Counted from the first letter of the whole stretch, positions 11,524-24,900 are shown. The stretch is 63,803 nucleotides of DNA, filler included, from Octopus bimaculoides (GCF_001194135.2; 6 parts of 5 records of this genome joined end to end with filler, not necessarily neighbours in it), one strand, 5' to 3'. Notes: generated by a model from the sequence alone, not told the origin. Numbers and translations: made by a program.

Positions 11524-13085
11524 CTCATTCTTTGCCTCTTTCATTGTCACTCTATCATCAGAGGACCTCTCCCGTACACATTATCACCCATTTCTCTTTA
11601 CTTCCCTCTCCAACTCGTGACTCCTTTTCTCTCTCCCTCCCCCGTCTCCTTCTCTAAAAATGCGTCAGGCTTAACAGTTCCTAGGTTTAAGCGAACCTTC
11701 TTAGTTATTACGTAACTCTAACACATTGTATCTTGTTTCCAGGGATGAAACCAGGTCCTTCGCCGGATAACTTCCCCATTTTCTTACAGAAGTTTCAAGG
11801 TCATAAAAAAGTCATCAGTGTTCTTTTCCCACATCTGATTTTTCATATATTTTCACTTTATAGGCGCAGAGATGGTTGTGTGGTAAAAAAAAAAAAATTC
11901 TTCCCAGCCATATGCTTCGGACTTTAGTCCTGCTGCGTGACATGGGGACCGACCAAAGCTTTGAGAGTGGATATGGTTGCCGGAGATGAATGAAGCCTTT
12001 ATATCTATATATATATATATACTTATAATTATTACAATTAAAAGGGTAAAGGTTTATCAATTTATTAATTTATTAATAAATCAACAATTAATAATTTTTA
12101 CCAAGCCCTTCGGTATGTAAGCACCATTATCGGTGGAGAACTTATTTAAAAGTTCTTATACATTTATAAACATAATTAAGGGATCAGCNNNNNNNNNNNN
12201 NNNNNNNNNNNNNNNNNNNNNNNNNNNNNNNNNNNNNNNNNNNNNNNNNNNNNNNNNNNNNNNNNNNNNNNNNNNNNNNNNNNNNNNNNNNNNNNNNNNN
12301 NNNNNNNNNNNNNNNNNNNNNNNNNNNNNNNNNNNNNNNNNNNNNNNNNNNNNNNNNNNNNNNNNNNNNNNNNNNNNNNNNNNNNNNNNNNNNNNNNNNN
12401 NNNNNNNNNNNNNNNNNNNNNNNNNNNNNNNNNNNNNNNNNNNNNNNNNNNNNNNNNNNNNNNNNNNNNNNNNNNNNNNNNNNNNNNNNNNNNNNNNNNN
12501 NNNNNNNNNNNNNNNNNNNNNNNNNNNNNNNNNNNNNNNNNNNNNNNNNNNNNNNNNNNNNNNNNNNNNNNNNNNNNNNNNNNNNNNNNNNNNNNNNNNN
12601 NNNNNNNNNNNNNNNNNNNNNNNNNNNNNNNNNNNNNNNNNNNNNNNNNNNNNNNNNNNNNNNNNNNNNNNNNNNNNNNNNNNNNNNNNNNNNNNNNNNN
12701 NNNNNNNNNNNNNNNNNNNNNNNNNNNNNNNNNNNNNNNNNNNNNNNNNNNNNNNNNNNNNNNNNNNNNNNNNNNNNNNNNNNNNNNNNNNNNNNNNNNN
12801 NNNNNNNNNNNNNNNNNNNNNNNNNNNNNNNNNNNNNNNNNNNNNNNNNNNNNNNNNNNNNNNNNNNNNNNNNNNNNNNNNNNNNNNNNNNNNNNNNNNN
12901 NNNNNNNNNNNNNNNNNNNNNNNNNNNNNNNNNNNNNNNNNNNNNNNNNNNNNNNNNNNNNNNNNNNNNNNNNNNNNNNNNNNNNNNNNNNNNNNNNNNN
13001 NNNNNNNNNNNNNNNNNNNNNNNNNNNNNNNNNNNNNNNNNNNNNNNNNNNNNNNNNNNNNNNNNNNNNNNNNNNNNNNNNNNTA

Positions 13086-13121
<36 letters not shown>

Positions 13122-13278
13122 TGCATGTATGTATGTATTATGTATGTATGTATAAAAGTAACAAAGTAAGGAAAATAATATCTTCAAAATGGTGTGTAAA
13201 GCATCTAATTTACTGCTACGTCATTTGAATACCACATAAATAGGGGTACTATGCAAGTTACAAACAATAAATTAAATA

Positions 13279-13695
13279 TGTGGCTATATGGTAAGTACCT
13301 TGCTTACCAACCACACGGTTACGGGTTGAGTCCCACTGCCTGGCACTTTGGGTAAGTGTCTTCTACTATCATCTCGGGCCGACCAAAATCTTGTGAGTAA
13401 ATTTGGTTGCCGGAAACTGAAAGAAGCCCGTCGTATATATGTATATGTATGTATGTATGTATGTATATATGTATGCATATGTGTGTTTGTCACTGTGTCT
13501 GAACTTGTTCCCCTGTCACCGTTTGACAGCCAGTGTTAGTGTGTTTACGCTTATGTAACGTAGCGGTTCGGCAAAAAAAGAACCGATAGAATAAGTACTA
13601 CGCTTAAGAAATAAGTCCGAGGATAGAGTTGTTCGACTAAAACCCTCCAGCATGGCCACAGTCAAATGGTTGAAGCATATAAAAGAATGAAAGAA
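13279..13695 (+). mobile_element. SINE type 1, full-length copy with internal TA/TATG microsatellite
   Basis: Same head, core and tail modules as 9739-10098. Confidence 0.85.
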
Positions 13696-14292
13696 TGTGT
13701 GCGAGTTTATGTACCTATGTGTGTATGTGTTTGCGTTTGCGTTTGTACCCCACTACCATTTGACTATCAGTGTTGAGGTGTTTAAGTATCCGTAACATAG
13801 CACCTCGGCCAAAGTGCCGGGTTCAATCAAGCTCTTTAACGCAGTAACCCAACATGGCTGCAGTTGAGTGAGTGAACCAGGTAAATGACGATAAACAAAA
13901 GAGCATATCGAACAGGTTCATGTTTCTCTGCGAGTCTCATCCCTCTTCCTCTCGCTGTTGCTCTTTCACTTTCGCTTTTTCTCTCACACCCGACTCATTT
14001 CACACACACGCACACACGCACGCATACGCGCGTGCACAGACGCACACACATACACAAACACACACGTACACATGCACACAGACACATCTACACATACAAG
14101 TAACTATTTTTTGTGTGCAAACTAGTCAGTAGAAACGAGAGATAAAGTCCATAACAGTTTCCAGTCAATCTCATACAAGCGAAATTAATGCGGATAATAT
14201 TCAATATGAAATGGCAGGTTTGTATGTATGTATATTCATAAACACACACACACACACACACATGTATATATGCTATTCTCTCTTTATGTCCA

Positions 14293-14346
14293 CGTGTTCC
14301 TTTCTGATGAAGAGCGTACGCTCGAAACGTAAAAGACTTTCTCACG
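14293..14346 (+). ncRNA. Minimal hammerhead ribozyme motif in a short repeat (family A)
   Basis: CTTT-CTGATGA-A-GAGC GTAC GCTC-GAAA-CG-T-A-AAAG. Helix III palindrome ACGT, GUA triplet. Distal stem I pair CGTG (14293-14296) / CACG (14343-14346). Confidence 0.7.
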
Positions 14347-17300
14347 TTCCCGAGCGTCAAACTAGTACACCTGCTTGTTGTTCACACACCTGTTTTCGTC
14401 TTTTATTTTTCTATAAATTTCAATTATATATATATATATNNNNNNNNNNNNNNNNNNNNNNNNNNNNNNNNNNNNNNNNNNNNNNNNNNNNNNNNNNNNN
14501 NNNNNNNNNNNNNNNNNNNNNNNNNNNNNNNNNNNNNNNNNNNNNNNNNNNNNNNNNNNNNNNNNNNNNNNNNNNNNNNNNNNNNNNNNNNNNNNNNNNN
14601 NNNNNNNNNNNNNNNNNNNNNNNNNNNNNNNNNNNNNNNNNNNNNNNNNNNNNNNNNNNNNNNNNNNNNNNNNNNNNNNNNNNNNNNNNNNNNNNNNNNN
14701 NNNNNNNNNNNNNNNNNNNNNNNNNNNNNNNNNNNNNNNNNNNNNNNNNNNNNNNNNNNNNNNNNNNNNNNNNNNNNNNNNNNNNNNNNNNNNNNNNNNN
14801 NNNNNNNNNNNNNNNNNNNNNNNNNNNNNNNNNNNNNNNNNNNNNNNNNNNNNNNNNNNNNNNNNNNNNNNNNNNNNNNNNNNNNNNNNNNNNNNNNNAT
14901 ATAATATAATATAATATAATATAATATAATATAATATAATATAATATAATATAATATAATATATGTATATAATGCGGATAATATTCGAGATGATCTTGCT
15001 GAAGTAGACTGGCAATTCTGTTGGAGGATCAGCAGAAATGCTTTGCTGTAATTAGTTACATCCCTTTACATTTCTGAGTTTAAATCCTGTTGAGATCGAA
15101 TTTGCCTTCCATCAATTTGGGGAACGTTAAAATAAAGTACCGTGTGTGCTGATGTCGATATAATCCACTGTGTGCCTGGGGGTAGTCAGGTCGGTTGTTG
15201 AGTATTAGTCAAATGCCGAACCCACTAATTCTCACACAAGCAGATATCCGGTATCCTTTGGACACCGACCGTATCTGAAAAGATTCACAACTTAAGTGGT
15301 GCCACAACCTACACTAGAACAATGACTTGACAGTGAAAACGGCCAGAACGAAATTACAAGGCTGTAATAAGAAGTGCTCAAACTAGTTGAGACAAAAGTA
15401 CAAAATTAATTGCAGAATAAAACCATTAGGTCATCGACTCAAAAAGCCACAACCCCCCAATGACCACATATAGGAAGTACAGCATAAACCACAAAACCAA
15501 AGTAGCAAAGGGAAGTAAAAATGTTATACCTAAGAATAAAATCGATTAAAAAATATAATAGAATAACATAATTAAATAAACTGCGATTAAAAATATTATA
15601 AAGCGGTACATATATAGTGGAATAAAAAAAATATTTTTTTATAAATATATATATATACATATACAAATACATGTTTTTAAATAAACACATATCCACCTAT
15701 GTATATATATTACATAATGTATATATATATATGGATGTATGTATACGTTTGTATGTACGGACGTATGTATGCATATATATACACACAGGCGTGGGTGTAT
15801 AAGAAATTTGCTAACCAACCACATAGTTCTGGGTTCAGTCCCACTGCGTGGCATTTTGGACAAGTGTCTTCTACTATTACCTCGCGCTGACCAAAGCCTT
15901 GTGGGTGGATTTGGTACACGGAAACTGAAACTAACCTTTTGTACATACATACATACATACATACATACCTAATGATATATTGCGGAAGTAGAATCGGTGC
16001 TCCATTATCACTGACAAGCACAAAAGTAAATTTTATGGGTCTATGTGATTGACTGGTTGGAAACCTATGACGAAAGAGACAATTGTTCGAAAACGCATGT
16101 TATAAAAATTAAGTAAAGTAAACTATTTTGAATAAAAGTATGTAAATAAATTTACAGTTTGTTGTCTTAAGATTTTTAGATGTATTGCGGTTTATATTAG
16201 ATTCTAATAGTTTGTAGTATTTTATTGCTGAGAAAGATGGAGTGATTTTCAATAAATTCTTTGGTTTTACTGTTTAACTGTCTGAGTTAAGCCATTGTTA
16301 ACACGATTATGATGTTTCGGACTATTAACCTTTTATCTTTTGAGAGAAAAATGTTTTGATATTTTCTCGTACAGTACGTTCCGATCAGTTTGATTATCAG
16401 GCGTTTTATTTCCGTAAATTTTAAAGTAGGTTTTTATATTCATTATTATTATTATTTTTATGTCTTCATTCCAACAGTTGAAATTAATGATCTGAAAATA
16501 TATAGTTTTATATTATCAGAAACCAGGGGGTGGGGTACTTCAAGACATTGGAATGCAATTGTGCTACTGATATGTAACATTAAAAACAGAGAAATTAAGA
16601 TTTAAACGACTACAACGGTTTATGAATTAACATCATGTTCGATACCCTATATCTTGCGAAACTGAGACTGTACACCAGGAAAGTTCCTCTATAAGATATA
16701 AATATGGGGCAAAGTGATTTATCGTAGACAACCAACCAGTTGCACATTCATGCGCATTTTTCTCTTTGTGCCATCTATTGTTGTTCAAGGAGGGAAAGAG
16801 AGAGTAAGAGAATGAGAAAGAGGGAAAAGAGTAAGTGAGTGATGCAGTTTGGGACCAGTGTCCTCGCAGTATTGGACAACAGAACTAACAGATGTAGAAC
16901 ACACCGATAGCCATTTCGACCGAAACTTAAAAATTCCGCCAACCCAAAGACCTTAGAATAGTATCTTTTCATCAAGAGATAATAAAGGCAAAGCTGGGTT
17001 TGACTTCGATGGAATTTGAAGCCTGAGTGATGTGGATCGTGGTTCTAACGACTCTGACCATTCGTGAGAAAAAATATGATGCAAAATTCAGGACAGAATA
17101 TGCTTCTTAATTTGGTGGGGACGATAGAGTAGATATCTCTTCCGGCCAATGGCTTACTGGACTGTTTATAAGTGAGAAACTTAAAGGCAGATATAATTCG
17201 AATGGGAGATGGAATTGCGAGCAAAAGTGAAATTTGGTGGAGAAAAAGCTATGGTAGAATGTGATATGAGGGACGTTTCGCTGTCGGTTTTAGCAATGTT

Positions 17301-17461
17301 TTCACAACACACACATATACACGCACACATATGAATATATTTGTCAGCATATGTGGGTAATAAATATGTTTCGTACATACATGCATGAATGCATACATAC
17401 ATGCATGAATGCATACATACATGCATACATACATACATACATAAATAAATAAATATTGTTG

Positions 17462-17841
17462 TTGGCACTCCGTCGCTTACGACAACGAGGGTTCCAGTTG
17501 ATCCAATCACCGGAACAGCCTGCTCGTGCAATTAACATGCAAGTGGCTGAGCACTCCACAGACACGTGTACCCTTAACGTAGTTCTTGGGGATATTCAGC
17601 GTGACACAGTGTGACAAGGCTGACCCTTTGAATTAGAGGCACAACAGAAACAGGAAGTAAGAGTGAGAGAAAGTTGTGGTGAAAGAGTACAGCAGGGTTC
17701 GCCACCATCCCCTGCTGGAGCCTCGTGGGGCTTTAGGTGTTTTCGCTCAATAAACACTCATAACGCCTGGTCTTGGAATCGGAACCGCGATCCTATGACC
17801 GCGAGTTCGCTGCCCTAACCACTGGGCCATTGCGCCTCCAC
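17462..17841 (-). mobile_element. tRNA-derived SINE type 3, long variant
   Basis: Minus-strand head GGCGCAATGGCCCAGTGGTTAGG (A box) ... GGTTCCGATTCC (B box-like). 3' module TTCAAAGGGTCAGCC...GTCGTAAGCGACGGAGTGCC is shared with 41669-41990. Confidence 0.85.
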
Positions 17842-18380
17842 ATAAATACATATAATTATAATTAAGGGTACTGAAGAGGCACCACCATACCAGAAATAGC
17901 AGTCACAACTAACTATAGAACCACATCATGTCTTCATATAGCACAAGTGATATAAGATAAACGAACAAAGAAATTAGCAAAAGTTGAATGGCTAATTTCA
18001 TATCGACGATTTCAGGCTGGTAATAAAATACTTTGCCTTCATCAGTGGAAATACACCAAAATTAATGGGGGTGGTTGAGTGGTGGTGGAGTGGTATCAAT
18101 GAAGAGAGCAGGTGCAGAAACGACGTACTCCGAAGGAATTAGAAGATAACGTAATCCAAGGGTAGAGTAAGAAATCCATGAATCAGGCACTTCGATTCAG
18201 TCGGAAAGACAAAGATGATCCGTGTGAGCGTTCAATAAATAGCCAATTCAAATAAACAAATACAAATAAACGGATAAAAGACGAAAAAAAAAGAAGTGAA
18301 ACAACGAATATGAGGATATGCACAGGAAGTGTCCGTTGGCGATTTCTTCTTCTCCTCCTCCTCTGGACTTTTCCTTTTTT

Positions 18381-18413
18381 TTTCCGACGAAGAGCTATGC
18401 TCGAAACGTTAAG
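18381..18413 (+). ncRNA. Degenerate hammerhead motif, family A (core U4 to C)
   Basis: TTT-CCGACGA-A-GAGC TAT GCTC-GAAA-CG-T-T-AAG. Confidence 0.45.
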
Positions 18414-18911
18414 CTACCTCCTTTCACCGAGCGTCGAGCGAATACATTTCTTGTACATGTCCTCACGTTTGTTGTTGTTCTTTTTTCGTTTTCTATCCAT
18501 TTATTTTGTTTGTTTATTTGAATTGAGTATGTATATGTAATATGTACATGCACATACATACACATATAGACACACAGAGATGGAGACTGCGTCAGCAATT
18601 TTAGGAAAAAACAAACAAACTAAAGTGTCAGAAGTGGTACGAAAATTAAACTGAATATCCTCACATAATATTTAATCCTATCATGGAAGCTTCAAATTTA
18701 ACGCAGACGAAGAAAGAACATGCTGTTTGCGTTACTTTAGATTTGCTAGCTTATTAAATGTCACCTGACTTTTCATGATTAACATCAGAAAATAAACACA
18801 TGCGCGCGTGTNNNNNNNNNNNNNNNNNNNNNNNNNNNNNNNNNNNNNNNNNNNNTTAATTAATTAANNNNNNNNNNNNNNNNNNNNNNNNNNNNNNNNN
18901 NNNNNNNNNNN

Positions 18912-21900
18912 ACGTACGAACTTACTTACGTACGCACGTTCTTTCCTTCCTTCGACCATTTGTTCATACGTACGATCGTTCGTTCGTTCGTACGTTCGTT
19001 AGTTTGTTCGTTCGTTCATACGTACGTACGTACATATGTACCTACTTACGTACGTTCGTTTGTTCGTTCGAACATACGTACGTTCAATTCTTTGTTCGTT
19101 CTTTCTTTTTTCGTACCTACGTACGTTCGTTCGTTTAATCGTTCGTTCTTTCGTTCGTACGTACGTTAGTCCGTTTCTTTGTTCGTTCGTTTGTTCGATC
19201 GTTCGTTCGTTCTTACATACGTACTTACGCACGTAAATCCGTACGTATGGACGTTCGTTCGTTGCCTCGTTCTTTCGTACGTACGTACTTTCGTTCATTA
19301 GGTCGTTAGTTTTTTCGTTCGTTCGTTCGTTTCATTCGTTCGTCCGTCCGTACGTTCGTTCGTTCTGACATACGTTCGTACGTACGTACGTTTCTTCGTT
19401 CGTTCGTTCGTTCGTTCATTCATATATATATACGTAGGNNNNNNNNNNNNNNNNNNNNNNNNNNNNNNNNNNNNNNNNNNNNNNNNNNNNNNNNNNNNNN
19501 NNNNNNNNNNNNNNNNNNNNNNNNNNNNNNNNNNNNNNNNNNNNNNNNNNNNNNNNNNNNNNNNNNNNNNNNNNNNNNNNNNNNNNNNNNNNNNNNNNNN
19601 NNNNNNNNNNNNNNNNNNNNNNNNNNNNNNNNNNNNNNNNNNNNNNNCTTACATACGTACTTACGGACGTAAATCCGTACGTACGGACGTTCGTTCGTTA
19701 GTTCTTTCGTACGTACGTACTTCGTTCATTAGGTCGTTCGTTTGTTCGTTCGTTCGTTTCAATCGTTCGTTCGTTTGTCCGTCCGTACGTTAGTTCGTTT
19801 TGACATACGTTCGTTCGTACGTACGTTTGTTCGTTCGTTCGTTCGTTCTTTCTTACGTACGTAAGTACGTACGTTCAATCGTTACTTCGTTCTTTCCTTC
19901 GTTCGTTCGATCGTTCGAACGTACGTACGTTCATTCAATCGTTCATTCAATCGTTCTTTCGTTCGTTTGTTCGTTCGTTCGTACGTACGAACTTACTTAC
20001 GTACGCATGTTCTTTCCGTCCGTTCGTTAGTTTGTTCGTTCGTTCATACGTACGTACGTACATATGTACCTACTTATGTACGTTCGTTTGTTCGTTCGAA
20101 CATACGTACGTTCAATTCTTTGTTCGTTCTTTCTTTTTTCGTACCTACGTACGTTCGTTCGTTCTTACATACGTACTTACGCACGTAAATCCGTACGAAT
20201 GGACGTTCGTTCGTTGCCTCGTTCTTTCGTACGTACGTTCGTTCGTTCGTCCGTCCGTTCGTTAGTTCGTTTTGACATACGTTCGTTCGTACGTACGTTT
20301 GTTCGTTCGTTCGTTCGTTCTTTCTTACGTACGTAAGTACGTACGTTCAATCGTTACTTCGTTCTTTCCTTCGTTCGTTCGATCGTTCGAACGTACGTAC
20401 GTTCATTCAATCGTACATACGTTCAATCGTTCTTTCGTTCGTTTGTTCGTTCGTTCCTTCATTTCGTTCGTTCATACGTACGGACGTACGTTAATTCTTT
20501 CGCACGTACGTACGTACCTTTGTTCGTTCGTTCGTACTTTAGTACGTCCGTACATTCTTTCGTTCAATCGTTCGTTCATTCCTTCGTACGTACGTTCATT
20601 CGTACGTTCGTTAGTTTGTTCGTTCGTTCGCTCGTTCGTTCGTACGTTCGTTCTTACGTACGTGCGTACGTTCGTTCATACATACGTACGTACATATGTA
20701 CCTACTTATGTACGTTCGCTTGTTCGTTCGTTCGTACATACGTACGTTCAATTCTTTTTTCGTACGTTCGTTCGTTTAATCGTTCGTACGTACCTTAGTC
20801 CGTTTTTTGTTCGTTCGTTTGTTCGATCGTTCGTTCGTTCTTACGTACGTAAATCCGTACGTACGGACGTTCGTTCGTTAGTTCTTTCGNNNNNNNNNNN
20901 NNNNNNNNNNNNNNNNNNNNNNNNNNNNNNNNNNNNNNNNNNNNNNNNNNNNNNNNNNNNNNNNNNNNNNNNNNNNNNNNNNNNNNNNNGTTCGTTTGTT
21001 CGTTCGTTCGTACATACGTACGTTCAATTCTTTGTTCGTACGTTCTTTTTTCGTACCTATGTACGTTCGTTCGTTCTTTCGTTCGTACGTACGTTCGTCC
21101 GTTTCTTTGTTCGTTCGTTTGTTCGATCGTTCGTTCGTTCTTACATACGTACTTACGCACGTAAATCCAAACGTACGGACGTTCGTTCGTTGCCTCGTTC
21201 TTTCGTACGTACGTACGTTCGTTCATTAGGTCGTTAGTTTTTTCATTCGTTCGTTTCATTCGTTCGTTCGTCCGTCCGTACGTTCGTTCGTTCTGACATA
21301 CGTTCGTACGTACGTACGTTTTTTCGTTCGTTCGTTCGTTCATTCATATATATGTACGTAGGAACATACGTACGTTCGTTCGTTCATAATTACGTTCCTT
21401 CTTTCGTTTATTCGTTCGGATTTACGAACTTACTTACGTACGCAGGTTCTTTCCTTCCTTCGACCATTTGTTCATACGTACGATCATTCGTTCGTACGTT
21501 CGTTAGTTTGTTCGTTCGTTCATACGTACGTACGTACATATTTACCTACTTATGTACGTTCGTTTGTTCGTTCGAACATACGTACGTTCAATTCTTTGTT
21601 CGTTCGTTCTTTTTTCGTACCTACGTACGTTCGTTCGTTTAATCGTTCGTACGTACGTTAGTCCGTTTCTTTGTTCGTTCGTTTGCTCGATCGTTCGTTC
21701 GTTCTTACATACGTACTTACGTACGTAAATCCGTACGAACGGACGTTCGTTCGTTAGTTCTTTCGTTCTTTCGTACGTACGTACTTCGTTCATTAGGTCG
21801 TTCGTTTCAATCGTTTGTTCGTTCGTCCGTCCGTACGTTAGTTCGTTTAGACATACGTTCGTTCGTACGTACGTTTGTTAGTTCGTTCGTTCGTTCGTTC

Positions 21901-24900
21901 ATTCATATATATGTACGCAGGAACATACGTACGTTCGTTCGTTAGTTCTTTCGTTCGTTCGTAATTACGTTCCTTCTTTCGTTTATTCGTTAGTACGTAC
22001 GAACTTACTTACATACGTACGTTCGTTCGTTTTTTCTTACGTACGTAAGTACGTACGTTCATTCGTTACTTCGTTCTTTCCTTCGTTCGTTCGAGCGTTC
22101 GAACGTACGTACGTTCATTCAATCGTACGTACGGACGCTCGTTTTTACGTTCATTCTTACGTACATACGTTCAATCGTTCTTTCGTTCGTTTGTTCGTTC
22201 GTTCCTTAATTTCCTTCGTTCATACGTACGGACGTACGTTTGTTCTTTCGCACGTACGTACGTATCTTTGTTCGTTCGTTCGTTCTTTCGTACGTCCGTA
22301 CATTCTTTCGTTCAATCGTTCGTTCATTCCTTCGTACGTACGTTCATTCGTACGTTCGTTAGTTTGTTCGTTCGTTCGCTCGTTCGTTCGTACGTTCGTT
22401 CGTACGTACGTGCGTACGTTCGTTAGTTTGTTCGTTCGTTCATACGTACGTACGTACATATGTACCTACTTATGTACGTTCGTTTGTTCGTTCGAACATA
22501 CCTACGTTCAATTCTTTGTTCGTTCGTTCTTTTTTCGTGCCTACGTACGTTCGTTCGTTTAATCGTTCGTTCTTTCGTTTGTGCGTACGTTAGTCCGTTT
22601 CTTTGTTCGTTCGTTTGTTCGATCGTTCGTTCGTTCTTACATACGTACTTACGCACGTAAATCCGTACGTACGGACGTTCGTTCGTTGCCTCGTTCTTTC
22701 GTACGTACGTACGTTCGTTCATTAGGTCGTTAGTTTTTTCGTTTGTTCGTTTCATTCGTTCGTCCGTCCGTACGTTCGTTCGTTCTGACATACGTTACTT
22801 CTTTCGTTTATTCGTTCTTTCCTTCGTTTGTTCGTTGGAACGTACGCTCGTTTTTACGTACATTCTTACGTATGTACGTACACACGTTCAATCGTTCTTT
22901 CGTTCCTTCGTTCCTTAATTTCGTTCGTTCATACATACGGACGTACGTTAGTTCTTTCGCACGTACGTACGTTCGTACATACGTAATTACGTTCGTTCGT
23001 TCTTACGTTCTTTCTTTCGTTCGATCGTTCCTTCATACTTACGTACGTACGTGCCTGCCTTCGTTCGTTCGTACTTACGTACGTACGTTCGTTCGTTCTT
23101 ACGTACGTAAGTCCGTACGTTCATTCGTTACTTCCTTCTTTCCTTCGTTTGTTCGTTCGATCGTTCGTACGTACGTATGTTCACTAAATCGTACGTACGT
23201 TCATTCAATCGTACGTACGTACGTTCGTTCGTACGTTCTTTCTTACGTGTGTACGTACATACGTTCAATCGTTCGTTTGTTCGTTCGTTCCTTAATTTCG
23301 TTCGTTCATACGTACGGACGTACGTTAGTTCTTTCGCACGTACGTACGTTCGTACATACGTAATTACGTTCGTTCGTTCTAACGTTCTTTCGTTTGATCG
23401 TTCGTACGTACGTATGTTCATTCAATCGTACGTACGTTCATTCTTACGTGTGTACGTACATACGTTCAATCGTTCGTTTGTTCATTCGTTCCTTCATTTC
23501 GTTCTTGCATACGTACGGACGTACGTTAGATCTTTCGTTCGTACGTACGTACGTTCATTCGCTCGTTCGATCGTTCCTACGTACGGATGTATGTACGTAC
23601 GTTCTTTCCTACGTACGTACGTTTGTTTGTTCATTCATTCCTTCGTTTGTTCATACATACGAACGTGCGTACCTTCTTTCGTTTGTTCGATCGTTGTCTC
23701 GTTCGTTCGTTCTTCCATTCTTTCTTTACTTCGTTCGTTCATTCGTTTGTTTGTTTCGTTCGTTCGTTCGTTCTTTCGTTCGTTCGTTTGTTTCGTTCTT
23801 CCGTACGTACGTACGATCATTCGTTCGTTCCTTCGCACGTACGTACGTACCTTTGTTCGTTCGTTCGTTCTTTCGTACGTACGTACGTTCGTTCATTCCT
23901 TCGTACGTACGTTCATTCGTACGTTCTTTCGTACGTTCGTTAGTTTGTTCGTTCGTTCGCTCGTTCGTTCGTACGTTCTTTCGTTCGTTCGTACGTACGT
24001 GCGTACGTTCGTTAGTTCGTTCGTTCATACGTACGTACGTACATATGTACCTACTTATGTACGTTCGTTTGTTCGTTCGTTCGTACATACGTACGTTCAA
24101 TTCTTTNNNNNNNNNNCTACTTATGTACGTTCGTTTGTTCGTTCGTTCGTACATACGTACGTTCAATTCTTTGTTCGTTCGTTCTTTTTTCGTACCTACG
24201 TACGTTCGTTCGTTCAATCGTTCGTTCTTACGTACGTTCGTCCGTTTCTTTGTTCGTTCGTTTGTTCGATCGTTCGTTCGTTCTTACATACGTAGTTACG
24301 TACGTAAATCCTTACGTACGGACGTTCGTTCGTTGCCTCGTTCTTTCGTACGTACGTACGTTCGTTCATTAGGTCGTTAGTTTTTTCGTTCGTTCGTTTC
24401 ATTCGTTCGTTCGTCCGTCCGTACGTTCGTTCGTTCTTTCGTTCGTTCGTAATTACGTTCCTTCTTTCGTTTATTCGTTCGTATGTACGAACTTACTTAC
24501 GTACGCACGTTCTTTCCTTCCTTCGACCATTTGTTCATACGTACGATCGTTCGATCGTACGTTCGTTAGTTTGTTCGTTCGTTCATACGTACGTACGTAC
24601 ATATGTACCTACTTATGTACGTTCGTTTGTTCGTTCATTCGTATATACGTACGTTCAATTCTTCGTTCGTTCGTTCTTTTTTCGTACCTACGTATGTTCG
24701 TTTGTTTAATCGTTCGTTTGTTCGATCGTTCGTTCGTTCTTACATACGTACTTACGTACGTAAATCCGTACGTGCGGACGTTCGTTCGTTAGAACGTACG
24801 AACTTACTTACGTACGTATGTTCGTTCGTTCTTTCTTACGTACGTAATTACGTACGTTCATTCGTTACTTCGTTCTTTCCTTCGTTCGTTCGTTGGAACG

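Noticed and set aside
17870-17910. Other hammerhead-like strings (17872 CTGAAGAGG..GAAATAGC, 11780-11820 minus, 17270-17300 minus, 42940-42970 plus)
   Set aside because: Each lacks a pairable helix II or stem I, or the CUGANGA core.
18856-18867. TTAATTAATTAA islands in the middle of N runs (also 40622-40633, 53337-53348, 61355-61366, 62685-62696)
   Set aside because: Identical 12-mer centred in 100-base gaps, with stops in all six frames. This is a scaffolding linker, not biology.
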